In this document: positions 13,015 to 26,012 of the stretch, one piece after another
How positions within the stretch are numbered: the first letter of the stretch is position 1
How the letters are laid out: each line of letters opens with the position of its first letter
NCBI RefSeq assembly: GCF_006345805.1
Contig: NC_042999.1
Span: forward strand, 43,586,001-43,650,000
Source of the DNA: Octopus sinensis
Taxonomy: Eukaryota
Reading direction: 5' to 3'
DNA: 64,000 nucleotides
The notes under the pieces: generated by a model
The model's database searches: none
What the model saw: the letters and a program-made list of their open reading frames with translations, nothing else
What the model was told of the DNA's origin: nothing
Made by a program: the position numbers and the translations under genes

Positions 13015-13146
13015 TGCTCGATCTGTAGAAAAGGTGTAGGTAGAAACTCTATAAGATGCACCAAGTGTAAGCTATGGACACATAAGAGATGCAGCAATGT
13101 CAAAGGAAGGCTAACTAGGAAGATGGTTTTTGTATGTGGCAGATGC
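13015..13146 (+). other. PHD-type C4HC3 zinc finger inside LINE ORF2
   Basis: CSIC-x9-CTKC-x4-HKRC-x13-CGRC lies between the RT core (NLAKTKV) and the LEIVDSFRYLG motif. Confidence 0.8.
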
Positions 13147-13872
13147 TCAGGAACAATAAACACTGAAAATGCTCTGAGACCAACTTCCGTCACTTTCCAG
13201 GGAGAAAAACTAGAAATAGTTGATAGTTTCCGTTACCTAGGTGACCAAGCCAGCAGCGGGGGTGGGTGTGCTGAAAGTGTAACTGCTAGAGTAAGAATAG
13301 CTTGGGCAAAGTTCAGAGAGCTCTTACCTCTGCTGGTGACAAAAGGCCTCTCGCACAGAGTGAAAGGCAGACTGTATGATGCGTGTGTACGAACAGCCAT
13401 GCTACATGGCAGTGAAACATGGGCCGTGACTGCTGAGGATATGCGTAAGCTCGCTAGAAATGAAGCCAGTATGCTCCGATGGATGTGTAATGCCGGTACT
13501 CACACTCGGCAGAGTGTAAGTACCTTGAGAGAAAAGCTGGACCTAAGAAGCATCAGTTGTGGTGTGCAAGAGAGACGTTTGCGCTGGTATGGTCATGTGG
13601 CGAGAATGGATGAAGATAGTTGTGTGAAAAAGTGCCACACCCTAGCGGTTGAGGGAACCTGTGGAAGAGGCAGACCCAGGAAAACCTGGGACGAGGTGGT
13701 GAAGCACGACCTTCGAACTTTAGGTCTCACTGAGGAAATGACTAGAGACCGAGACCTCTGGAAGTGTGCTGTGCGCGAGAAGACCCGGCAGGACAAGTGA
13801 GTCCACAACCCGTGGCCTTCTACATGGGATGGAGCCAGCCTACGTATGCATACCTTCCCTTCTTGGGACACA

Positions 13873-14068
13873 AAACTCTACTTGTGAAGACGTGTTGAGG
13901 CAAGTGAGGATCAGAATCGAAATCGATCAATGGAAATTGCGGATGTGCTACCAGTGCCGGTGGCATGTCGAAACTCTGCTTGTGAAGACCCATTGAGGCA
14001 AGTGAGGATCAGAATCGAAATCGATCAATGGAAATTGCAGATGTGTTACCAGTGCCGGTGGCATGTAA
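13873..14068 (+). repeat. 98-bp tandem duplication in LINE 3' UTR
   Basis: aaactctacttgtgaagac...ggtggcatgt occurs at 13873 and 13971. Confidence 0.9.
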
Positions 14069-14375
14069 GAGAACTTTCCGTTTCGCGACCGTTGCCAGCA
14101 CCGCCCCGTTTCGTGTCCGTTGCCAGCCTCGCCTGGCCCTCGTGCCGGTGGCACATAAAAAGCACCATCCGTTCGTGGCCGTTTGCCAGCTCTGTCTGGC
14201 ACCAGTGCGGGTGGCACGTAAAAAGCACCCACTACACTCACGGAGTGGTTGGCGTTAGGAAGGGCATCCAGCCGTAGAAACACTGCCAGATTTGACTGGG
14301 CCTGATGAAGCCTTCTGGCTTCACAGACCCCAGTAGAACCGTCCAACCCATGCTAGCATGGAAAACGGACGCTAA

Positions 14376-14450
<75 letters not shown>

Positions 14451-14495
14451 CATGCATCTATATATATAAATATATGTATATATACATATATATAT

Positions 14496-14533
<38 letters not shown>

Positions 14534-14683
14534 CCTCATTTCTTGATTTCAAATCCATTCTGCCGTGTCAGGCCGAAAACGAAATGTTTCCAAGATAAGA
14601 AAATCTTTCTAATCTAATTCATCCCGTAATCTGTACCAGTAATATTCTCATGAAAATTTGTCTGATCTCTAGTGGTTAAGCTG

Positions 14684-14735
<52 letters not shown>

Positions 14736-14829
14736 GTAGTAGTATTAGTATTATCCCTTTGATCCCCAGTCGTCAATTTGTTTATTATTATTATTTTCAG
14801 CTTCGCCTCGTATTGCATATTATGTATAA

Positions 14830-15500
14830 TTTATTAGTTATCGTTGACCATCGGTTCCGGCCTCGTGTCTCGCTAAATACAGAATAGATATTTAAGTTTC
14901 TCCATACAGGGGTTTTCAATGGCGGCCGATTTTCACGGGGTTCCACTATTCCCTTTCTCTCTCTCCCTCTTTTACGTTGTCTGCCCTCCCCCTCTTCCTT
15001 CCCCCTTCCATTGCTAAGAGCATTTTTAAGCCAGCCCGTCAAGTAACGTGCTTCGTTTCTTGATTATGTTTTTATCTATCTATCTATTTTATCTACTTAC
15101 TAATTACTAATACGCTTAAGCAGTTGTCATTGTATTCCCTAATTCCTCTCATCATTATGTGCCGATAATTTCTCCATTTCTCCACCGTCCCTTTATTAAT
15201 TTTGCCCGTCCAAGTCCTCGCTCTCTCGTCTTTCAACCTTCGCGTATTCGCGGAGCACCCGCCCTTGCCACCCCACCCCCACCCCCACCCCCACCACCAC
15301 CACCACCAATACCGGATATCTCTATATTTTTGCTCCATCTATACCGGATGTCGCTTCTCCCACCACCATTATAGGTGTCTACTCTTCGAACCCCCCTCTT
15401 CAATACGCTATTTCACCATGCATTACCCCTCTCGTGATATCCTACGTTCTACTTGTCTAGAACCTGTCATCGTTTCTCCGAACACCCCTCCCCACTGGTG
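14830..15500. promoter_or_regulatory. CpG-rich unique segment, candidate unmethylated promoter
   Basis: Dense CpG dinucleotides compared with the CpG-poor flanks, an ATGGCGGC core at 14919-14926, and a C-run array at 15271-15292. No TSS evidence. Confidence 0.3.
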
Positions 15501-15527
15501 CTCCCCTATATTTCTGCACCCTCCCCC

Positions 15528-15847
15528 CACATAAAAAGCACCATCGGAACGTGGCCGATGCCAGCACCGCCCCGACTGGCTTCTGTGCAGGTGGCACATA
15601 AAAAGCACCAACTGACCGTGGCCGATGCCAGACCCCTCTGGCACCTGTGCAGGTGGCACGTAAAAAGCACCCACTACACTCGCGGAGTGGTTGGCGTTAG
15701 GAAGGGCATCCAGCTGTAGAAACACTGCCAGACCAGACTGGAGCCTGGGGCAGCCCCTGGCTCCCCAGACCCCGGTCGAAACCGTCCAACCCGTGCTAGC
15801 GCGGAAAACGGACGTTAAACGATGATGATGATGATGATGATGATGAT
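15528..15847 (+). mobile_element. RTE-LINE 3'-tail copy (CpG-rich, young)
   Basis: Three cac(a/g)taaaaagcacc units, then ttaggaagggcatccagctgtagaaac...gcggaaaacggacgttaaac and (GAT)n. Confidence 0.9.
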
Positions 15848-16542
15848 ATATATATATATACACATGCATATATATATTTATTTATATATACGCATATATA
15901 CGTATATATATATTTATATATATGCATGCGTACATATATTTATATATATATGCATATATATTTTTATATATATGCATATATATTTTTATATATATTTATA
16001 TATACATACACACTCACACACACACACGCGCGCGCGCACGCACACACACACAGCTTCTGGAGTGGTTAAGAGGGAGAAGAGTACACTGTTGTGCAGTAAA
16101 TAATTTCTGAATGTGTGATGTAGGATGTACAGGAAGTGACTTTATTATGGAGGAAATACTGGATGTTTTTGCGAGACAGCTGTCATTGATAAGTAAAGCT
16201 AACAAGTTTTAAAAAAGCAAGAACAAAAACAAAAAAACAGTTTGTGTGTGTATGTACATGTCTATATGTATATGAATCTATCTTTCTGTATGCTCTCTCT
16301 TTTCATGTGTGTGTGTGTGCGTGTGTGTCTGTGTGTGCATATAAATCTTGATGGTTATAGGTTCACAGTGCTGTGAATTGTAATTATGCAAAAAATAGCT
16401 CTCACTATATCCATACATACAAATGATATATATATATATATATTTATAATATATAAATATATGTTTGTGTGTGTCTGTGTATATAAATGTACATAAATGT
16501 ATACACATGCAAATATGCACATTTATATACACAAACACACAC

Positions 16543-16585
<43 letters not shown>

Positions 16586-16797
16586 CACATACATATGCAT
16601 AAATGTGGAAACATACAATGTGTGTGTATGTTATGCTTACACATACATTCATGCATATACATTTGTATATAGACATTTATAGAATAGTAATAAAGATTAG
16701 CAGATCTAAAAAAATACAAATGACCCAATCCCTGAAGGAAGATTACATCGGAAGTGTTGTTTTCAACATTGTATGTTTGTGTATATATTTGTGTATG

Positions 16798-16878
<81 letters not shown>

Positions 16879-16915
16879 GTATACATCTATCTATGTTTGT
16901 GTGTGTGTGTGTCTA

Positions 16916-16972
<57 letters not shown>

Positions 16973-17305
16973 CATTATTATTATTATTATTATTATAAGT
17001 TTTTTGAGGGTGATGGTAACTGAATAGTTATGCAAAAACAACAACAACAACAAAAAAACAGAAGTGCTGATCTTGCAAACGAAAGCTTTAACATTTCAGA
17101 AAAAAGGAGAATGAAATATTTAAGGTTATAAAATGTTAATAAATTATTTAAAAAGTAATAATAATATAATACATGAAAATATGAAGTACAAACTGAATAC
17201 AGCACACACACACACACGTACATATGCACTTATTTGTATGTGTGCATATGTTTGTGTGAGTGTCTCTGTGTGTGGTATGTCTGAGTGTGTGTGTGAGTAT
17301 GCTTG

Positions 17306-17337
<32 letters not shown>

Positions 17338-17445
17338 CATTTGTATATATATATATATGTGTGTGTGTGTATATATAATTATTATTTGAGGGAATAAAAT
17401 CCAAACTTACAATTGATAAAAATTGATAAAATTTGTTTTTTTCTA

Positions 17446-17492
<47 letters not shown>

Positions 17493-17543
17493 TTTATATA
17501 CATACTTATATATATATATATCTATATATATAATATATATATA

Positions 17544-17610
<67 letters not shown>

Positions 17611-17622
17611 TACATACATATA

Positions 17623-17693
<71 letters not shown>

Positions 17694-17706
17694 TACACAC
17701 ACACAC

Positions 17707-18024
17707 AACCACTGTACTATTACATGTGGATTGTTGTTGAGAGAGAGGTCATTGACATTGCCCATAACACCAAAGATTCTTTGAAAGCTGCCATAGTCAG
17801 AGTAATTTCCAAAACGAACCTGGACCACTTGATTCAAGCATGTAGATGATTTAGAGCTCATATAGAAGCAGTTATTGATGCTGAAGGTGGCTTTATTGAA
17901 TACCATTATGGAAAAGAAGGTTTATTTTTATCTTCATAGTATTTTTGATAAATAAAGTTATTATTTGTTATATATCTATTTTTTTATAAACATAAATCTG
18001 TCCTCAAATATCTTACGCACCCTA
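17707..18024 (+). mobile_element. maT-type transposase C-terminus with right TIR
   Basis: [12 protein letters not shown]...[10 protein letters not shown]...IEAVIDAEGGFIE; the end aaatatcttacgcaccct(a)+TA is the reverse complement of the left TIR at 51006. Confidence 0.8.
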
Positions 18025-18612
18025 TATGTGTGTGTGTGAGTATATATACATATATGCACACACACAGACACTCACACACACATTGATCCATGCGTACATG
18101 TTTACAGTTATATATATATGTATGTACACACACACACACATATACAGGTGTATATACATATGTTCTAATGATTCTGGTTTGTTGAATTTTTGTTGATGCG
18201 TACATTAAATAAACTGACAGATATATATATTGACAAGCCAAAACAGCTTGACTTGATTGCGACTGTTTGTTATTTTCATTTCATTTCCCTATTCTCTTTT
18301 ATTATTAAATTTTATTTGAACTGGTACAAATTTCTTCTTGTAATTTTTATTCTATATATTATTTAATTCAATGACTTTTTTTTTGGTTCTTTGATTGTAG
18401 TGATGGGGTGGACCCAAGAAAATATTTTTTTCTTTTGTTCTTTGTGTACAGTCTCTGCTTTTACAATGTATCTTCTTATACACTTAAAACAATTGAAATT
18501 CATCTTACATCTTCCTTCCAATGTGTTTCCTTTCAATTTTGATATAACCCTTTTCTGAACATTATTACATCAAATTTACTTATGTTATAAAAATAAAAAT
18601 AAAAAGCAAGAC

Positions 18613-20140
18613 CCCCACCAATGACTTCCACAATGCAACTATCATCACCATCTACAAGAAGGGAGACCTAGAAGATTGCAACAACTATTGGGGCATCTTA
18701 CTCCTGAGTATTGCAAGTAAGATCTTTGCCCATATCCTACTACTCCCTGAGTCCCAGTGTAGCTTTCGACCCTCTCGAAGCACAATCAACCTGATCCTTT
18801 GTGCCTATCAACTCCAGGAGAAGTGTCAGGAACACCGACAGCCTGCGATGTCCATCTTCTGGGATCTAAAGAAAGCCTTTGACAAGGTTCTCTGTCCTGC
18901 AATGCGGGCCGTCCTTGCCCGGTTTGGATGTCTGGAGGACTTCACTGCCTTGGTCCACTCCCTTTGCGACAGCATGGTGGGTAGGGTATGCCATCAAAAT
19001 GCCTTCACAGACCCATTTCCTATCACTGGAGGTCTTAAGCAAGGACGTGTCCTGACACCAACCTGTATCTCTTTATACATGGCTGCCATGTTCAGTGAAA
19101 TCCCACTAGACTCATCCTTCCATCAACATGCACTATCACTTGGACAGCAGACTCTTCAATCTCGCACATCTCTGTGCAAAGATGAGGGCCTCAGTCCATG
19201 AGATACAGTATGCCAATGACAATGCCATGCTGAGCCAGACCACAGATGGTCTACAAAGGATGGCCAATCTTTACAACGTGACTTACGAATACTTTGGGAT
19301 GCAGGTAAACACATTAAAAACCAAGACACTAATCCAACTTGCATCAGGCCATTACAGTCCACCCACAAACATTAGCATCAATGGGCAACCCCTAGTAGAA
19401 GTTGAACACTTCACATACCTTGGAAGTATCCTTTCAAAGATCCCCACATGTGAAAAGGATGTGGAGAACCAGACTGGGGCAGCCCACTCCACCTTCAGTA
19501 GACTCAGCCAACGTGTATTCTTCAATCACACACTGACCATCTGGACAAAGATCATGGTCTTCCATGCCATTGTCCTGCCAACTCTATGCTTGTGAGACTT
19601 AGTTGTACTGCCGTGAATTCAAGTGCCTTGAATGCTTCTAGCAATCAAAGCTACGACAGATCCTCAACATACAATGGGAAGATTACGTTACCAACAATGA
19701 GGTTCTTCACCACACCTCACTACCAAGAGTCGAAGCCATTATTCTTCACCATCATCTCCATTGGGCAGGTCAGTCCAGTGTATGGAGCCCTCTCATCTCC
19801 CAAGGATCATGCTCTACGGAGAACTTGCAATTGGAACAAGACCCAGGGGATATCCAAAATTCCATTTTAAAGACCAGCTCAAATGGACCTTGGCTCAAGC
19901 TAACATCCAACCATCCTCATGGGAACAGATCGCCATGGATAGGACAGCCGGGAGGACTGCTATCTGTAATGGAGCCTACTCCTTCAAGCAGAGCAGACAA
20001 CAGAATGAGGAGGCAACATGCAGAAGAAAGGAGTGTCTTCAACATCCTCAACCTGCCCCAATTATCCCATGCAAGTTCTGCCCATGACTCTTTCACCACC
20101 AACCTGGACTCTAAAGTCACTTTCGGCACAAACATCAGCT
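18613..20140 (+). mobile_element. Degenerate RTE-BovB-like LINE
   Basis: Fragments TIYKKGD...NYWGILLLS, ESQCSFRPSRST, DLKKAFD, GLKQG, YHLDSRLFNL, QYAND (decayed YADD), FTYLGS, IMLYGEL..GTRPRG; many frameshifts. Confidence 0.9.
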
Positions 20141-20239
20141 GAGGAGACTGGACAGAAACTGTCAGACTCAATGCTCGGATACAAGCTGGAGCCAACTATT
20201 ATTAGCACTTTGGTTTTGGATGAGGAGACATTATAGTGA

Positions 20240-20695
20240 CTGGTTAGAAGAGAAGTTTGGGTTTACATGGAGATTGCAGTGAGTCAATGAGAACCAACAC
20301 TGAGCTGTTCAAAGTAGCAGTGTTGTATAAGAACATCAAGTACAAGTGTAATGTGATGAGAAGAGAGTAATTTGTACCTTGCAAAACCCAGGGCACAAAT
20401 AAAGGTACAGTCCTTGTGTGCCTCAGTGACTCTGAGAGCTATGCTAGTAGAGCACCAGCTCTTAGTAGGGCCACCCATATTGGATGAGTCAAAGTATACA
20501 AGCCAGATGAATATGAACTGTCTCTTGCCAGAGGTAAAAGTGGGGCTGAAGAAAGCCAACACTCATACCAAGACAAAAAGCAAAGTTACAAAAGCATTGA
20601 GGAGAATTCAAAACCAACAAGACCTGCAGTATTGAGAACAGTGGAGAAAAGTCATTGACAGCCAATCCTCCATAGGGGACAAAGGGCTTAAGAGA
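20240..20695 (+). mobile_element. Highly degenerate LINE 3' end
   Basis: Ends cagtggagaaaagtcattgacagc, like the REEWRKLV termini of RTE/L2 ORF2; weak evidence. Confidence 0.25.
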
Positions 20696-21261
20696 GTAAA
20701 TAAGTAAAAGTTAAGAAAACTATAGAATCCTATGCCCTCCAACCTCAATATTACATGGCCTCTTAGCTTTTCTAATTTGACCCCACTGGATTGCTGTATC
20801 TGGGGTTTCATAAGAAGAGGGTAGGGACTGGATTGCTGCTTCATAATATCAAGCTGTCATTGTGAGTGGGATGACTGGCATAGGTGGGACCCACCTTATC
20901 CTGTCACCATGCCATTACGCTCATGGTAATAATGGAACCATTATCTAGGCTGTGGAGTTTTATTGAAAGGCCCATTTCTTTGTTGTATGTAGTTAAATAT
21001 TTGTACTTTTCTTTCTGGGGGTATGATTTTTTTTTCTTTAATTCTTCCTTTTTCTTGTGTTTTGCTTGAATTGCTTGTTGCACCTGGTGTGTGCATGTGC
21101 ACATGTGTTTATGAATGTGTGTATGCATATATGCATGTGTGTGTGTGATTGCATGTCATTTGCTGATGCATGTCAGCAAAAAGTGTAAATATCAGCAAAA
21201 AATATAAAAAAGCCTCCCCCTCTCTCTCTCTTTCGGAGAGGCACTGAGCAGCTATACGCAC

Positions 21262-21422
21262 ACATACACACACGGCAGTAACTTCCACCTACCGAATTCA
21301 ATCACAAAGCTCCGGTCGGCTCGGGGCTATAGTGGAAGACACCTACCCAAAGTGCCACGCAGTGGGACTGAACCCAAAACCATATGGCTAAGAAGCAAGC
21401 TCCCTAACCACACAGCCATGCG
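21262..21422 (-). mobile_element. SINE family A head half
   Basis: Reverse complement of ggctgtgtggttaggg...ggttcagtcccactgcgtggcac. Confidence 0.8.
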
Positions 21423-22124
21423 AGAACAAAGTCCCTTGTAATATTTGTTCCATATCTAGCTACAGACACTCCTTTGCGTCTCTCACCTACAAGAGATACA
21501 GTGAAACAACAACTTGTGTATTGGAAACCTGTAATACTTGCAATCAATGACACTGTTTTTCATCAATTGTGATACAAAACAGAATAAATAGAAATAAATA
21601 ATAGAAAGAAGAGATGATAGAGATTCTATAAAACATTTACCATTTATGTCCAGTCTTGGAGATATTATTCAAAGATAACAAACAAAGATGACTCCAGTCC
21701 TATTACAGTTTTATGTATTTGTTTACATTTTTACTATTTTCCCTCTATTTGTCTCTGTGTGGTCTGTATGTGAAGTGCAGAGCTGCTTTTGTTTGAGCAG
21801 TTTTTTTCATAAACAGATTGGTACTCTTCCTACTGTTAACCATTCAACAATGAAGTAGAGACTGAAATCTGTTTTTTTATTTTTCATTTTTTAATTTTTC
21901 TATGTCCATCAGGTACAGTGGAACAAGCAGAGTTATTTTAAATGATTGCTCAGGTGTGCAACCTGAGCTATAGCTAAATAGATCTAAATAAATCTGTGAG
22001 ATGACAGTGGAATATATTATTTATAAAGCTTTGTTCCATTTGATAAATTTATCAATAAATGACTTGACTTCAGTTAAAACAAAACAGAAAAAAAAGAGAT
22101 ATCCTATCTATATTTTATAATACA

Positions 22125-22692
22125 AGGCGGCAGTCTGCCAGAAGTGTCAGACTTCTATATTTGTTCTAACTCCTTACCATTTGAGTTCAAATTCCACTGA
22201 AGTCAGCATAATGTTTCATTTCTCCTGCAAGGTTGATATAATAAAGTAGTATTCTAGGGTGGTGGGTGAAAAGGTGGAATTGTTAAATCTTTGGACAAAA
22301 TTCTTTGCAATATTTATTCCGGGTTTTTACATTCTGAGTTCAGATCTTGCTGAAGTCAGTTTTGTCTTCATCCTTCCAATGTCAGTAAAATATAGTACCT
22401 GTCAACATAAGCTCAAAGTCAATCACATCCCCTAAAACTTGGTGGGAGGGGCAATGAAAACACTTTGAACATTCTAGGTTGGACCTGGGTTTGCACCCAC
22501 TAAGTAAATTTCATTTCCATACTTATGGTACTTTTATTTTATGAAGGCCAGAAGGATGAAAGGCAAAGCTAACCTCAGTGAAATTTAAACTCAGAATCTT
22601 TTCTACTCTAAGCACAAGGCCCGAAATTTTGGGCGAGGTGGCCAGTCAATTACATCGACCCCAGTATGCAACTGGTACTTAATTTATCGACC
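22125..22692. mobile_element. Cluster of SINE family C fragments (two +, two -)
   Basis: Shared core tgagttcaaattcc..gaagtca..tttg..tttcatcc and gaccccagta..caactggtactt. Confidence 0.6.
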
Positions 22693-22723
22693 AGCGCAGG
22701 AATTGTTGTGTGGTAAGTAGCCA

Positions 22724-23120
22724 TGGCACAGGAGTGGCTGTGTGGTAAGTTATCTTACTTACCAACCACATGGTTCCAGGTTCAGTCCCACTGTGTGGCA
22801 CCTTGCGAAAGTGTCTTCTACTATAGCCTCGGGCCGACCAAAGCCTTGTGAGTAGATGTGGTAGATGGAAACTGAAAGAAGCCTGTCACATATATGTATG
22901 TGTATATATATATGTGTGTATCTGTTTGTCCCCCCAACATCACTTGACAACTGATGCTGGTGCGATTGCGTCCCCGTCACTTAGCAATTCGGCAAAATAG
23001 ACCAATAGACTAAGTACTAGGCTTACAAAGAATAAGTCCTGGGGTCGATTTGCTCGACTAAAGGAGGTGCTCCAGCATGGCCGCAGTCAAATGACTGAAA
23101 CAAGTAAAAGGGTAAAGAGT
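22724..23120 (+). mobile_element. SINE family A full copy (short duplicate head at 22694-22720)
   Basis: Head, internal microsatellite and tail as at 4050. Confidence 0.9.
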
Positions 23121-23844
23121 AGGGGAGGGTGGTGTCTGTGTGTGCTGACTACTACATCAGATTTCTAAAACAGATACAAGTGAAGGAATGATGCTGGCTG
23201 TTACCAAGTCATATTTGGTAATGAGTTGATGGCTGACTCGTTAGTTATCAAAGTATAAAAGGGTCAGTTGACTCTGTCCATTTTTAAGCACAAAAACAAA
23301 AGCTAACAAATTAATTGGGCAAACATCCAAAATCAGATTTGGAACTCTAATCATCTACTTTGCTTTCTTTCTATTTCTAGTTAATTTCCAAGGTAATGTC
23401 GAACTGTTGAGAAAACTAATGAGAAGCTTCAAAATATAGAATCAATACAATAAGTACCAATAATATCATCATTATTATCACCATTGCTGCTGTCATTATC
23501 ATCATCATCATCATCACCATCATCATCCTCATAATTGTTGTTGTCATCTTTGTCATCATCATCATCATTACGATCGTCATCAACATCATCACCACCAGCA
23601 TCACCATCATCATCATCATTATTTGATGGGAGTGTCTACACTTTTGCTCAATCCACTAGAAATAGCCACTAAGTCTCCCTCAGATCTCACCCTACCATCT
23701 TAAAGAAGGAAGACCACATTAAATAATATAATCTATTCATAGGAAAAAAAAAAATAGCAAGATGGTTTTGGTCGGAATGTCCTTTGATCGTTGGTTGTCT
23801 CAATCTAGCTCTGACTTGAAACTAAACTACAACTACTATTGCTT

Positions 23845-23916
<72 letters not shown>

Positions 23917-23943
23917 TAATAATAATAATAGTCAAACTGTTCC

Positions 23944-24133
23944 GTGCTGGTGGCACGTAAAAAGCACCCACTACACTCACAGATTGGTTGGTGTTAGGAA
24001 GGGCATCCAGCTGTAGAAACACTGCCAGATCAGACTGGAGCCTGGTGCAGCCTCTTGGCTTCCCAGACCCCAGTCGAACCGTCCAATCCATGCTAGCATG
24101 AAAAACGGACGTTAAACGATGATGATGATGATG
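23944..24133 (+). mobile_element. RTE-LINE 3'-tail copy
   Basis: ggtggcacgtaaaaagcaccc...atgctagcatgaaaaacggacgttaaac followed by (GAT)n. Confidence 0.9.
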
Positions 24134-24183
24134 AAACTAAACAACATTTAATAGTACCACACAATAGTAGAAGCAACGATAGT

Positions 24184-24578
24184 ATCTCAAGACGGTTACA
24201 ATACCAGTGACTGAAGGAGAACCTGGAATGATCAAAAAAGGAACTGAAAATTATTTAAGAATGATCCCTGGCTTATTACCATCCATACAGGAAATGCAAC
24301 AGATTATATTAGTCACACATATGGTGAAGAGCATTGTCACCGTGAATTTTCCTTTTTTGCCCTTTTATTTTCTTTGTTTAGTTCTATATTTTATATTTTT
24401 CCTTTTTCTTTCTGTTTTTCTTCCCCTTTTTTCTTTCATATGACTTTGTAAATGAGCAATCTTGTGTGATTACTTTAATGACCTACAAATGAATACAGCG
24501 CGTTTCTCTGCCCTAGGTGTCAGGCAGGCACTCGGCAAGAAAAGGAAACAAAATTGAAAGAAGATGATAATGAAAGTG

Positions 24579-24632
<54 letters not shown>
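24184..24632 (+). mobile_element. R4/Dong-like element 3' end
   Basis: Aligns with 36145-36480 and 36751-36790 (GMIKKGTENYLRMIPGLLPS plus 3' UTR); ends in (TAA)n. Confidence 0.85.
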
Positions 24633-24633
<1 letters not shown>

Positions 24634-25859
24634 TAATTAACAGAACCCAAAACAAAACCAAGCAAAGCAAAAAGTGGACAGATAATCATAAATACATTAA
24701 AATAGTTGATTTAGAAGTTACACACTACTATGAACTACTATGCAACACCCCTCCTAAAACATACAAGAATAAACTCATATTATAAATACTCAACAAAATG
24801 AACAGAACCCACAACCTGCCATAGAAGGCTGACACCCAACAGAAGAACACAACCTGCACTACACAAACAACACACAATATAAAAACTAATACAACAGAAG
24901 ACTCAAACAAAACCCCATAACAAAACATTCTTATACAATACAATATCCCCCACCCCCAAAAATATGCAGCACACACCACTCCACAATCACAAAGGTGCAA
25001 CAAATGATGCAATAGAAAGTGGCTTGAAATTTTCAGATGTCGAAAAATTATAGTGGTGATGACGAAGGTGATGAACATTATCTTATCTCAGTTTATGAGA
25101 GACAGGAGTTTCTGAAGAACTCTGGTCGTAACAGTGTATTGGACAATTTTTCAGCATAAATTACAAAAGAAATATAAATTATAATTAAGTTGAGTCACAG
25201 TTACCAATTCTCTAAACACCTCTAAAACACATATATAACCAAGACCATGTGATTCTGACCCAGTGTTTGCTCACAAGTCATAGAGGATAGCTGCATCTTC
25301 TTGTAAATCTCACAGATGTAAATAAATTAGTATTTTTTTGACCTAGTGTTAGCAAAACTTTTATTTATCTATGCCAAAAATTAAGCATATTGAATATTGA
25401 ATTCTTAAAAAATTTATTCAAAATGTATTATTTACCTGGATTTTGGTATAAATGAAAAATAAAAATTAGAAAATAGTTTTACTTTTTTTATTTTTGACTG
25501 AAGGAGTTAAGATCAGCTTCACTTGAGGAAGAGAGATAATCTCAAGAATCAAGTATTCTCCCAAATGGACATGCCATTAAGGTAAGGGACAGGTTTATTG
25601 TTTGGTGCTAAGAGGACAGTCACAGACACACGTTTCTTGCTCAATAGTCATTGTCAGCACAGTGGTTGTCTTACCTTATGTCCAAAGGACAAAGGACTTA
25701 TACAAGCCTAGAATAATAAAAGGTACTATTAGCCTTTGGCAGGATTTGAACACAGAGTTTAAAACAATGGAACTAAATACTACAAGGCATTTTGTCCAAT
25801 GTCCTAACCATTCTAACACTCCACCACACTTGCCATAAAATTAAGATTACATTATGGCT

Positions 25860-25874
25860 TCTTTGCTGCTGTTG

Positions 25875-25935
<61 letters not shown>

Positions 25936-26012
25936 AACAACAACAACTACTACTACTACTACTACTACTATACTACTACTACTACTACTACTACTACTAT
26001 TGTTGCTGTTGC
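25860..26012. repeat. Compound (CTA)n/(CAA)n triplet repeat
   Basis: Direct reading. Confidence 0.9.

Larger units (their letters stand above)
11738..14380 (+). mobile_element. 5'-truncated RTE-clade LINE, young, inserted in (TA)n
   Basis: ORF2 starts in frame at 11738 (TWWWNN) and contains RT motifs NYRGIKLL, QFGF, FVDMEKAFD, GVHQGSVLSP and YADD (12844-12855), then RLRWYGHV and GRGRPRKTW; stop at 13798-13800. Two lesions: TAG at 12716-12718 and a 1-bp deletion at ~12758. The 3' UTR ends in (GAT)n. Confidence 0.95.

Noticed and set aside
14140-14230. Recurring gtggcac(a/g)taaaaagcacc unit with variable spacers (also 15528-15670, 2451-2560), CRISPR-like at first sight
   Set aside because: Eukaryotic context, no cas genes, spacers are related to each other, and it is part of a LINE 3' UTR.
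14302-14330. CTGATGA followed by hairpin gaagcc-ttct-ggcttc in the LINE tail
   Set aside because: No GAAA after the stem, and other copies read ctggtgca or ctggggca, so the core is not conserved.
25504-25581. Segment ending in a consensus donor aag|gtaagg
   Set aside because: All frames from the nearest acceptor contain stops; a 5' UTR/start exon (MDMPL..) is possible but unsupported.
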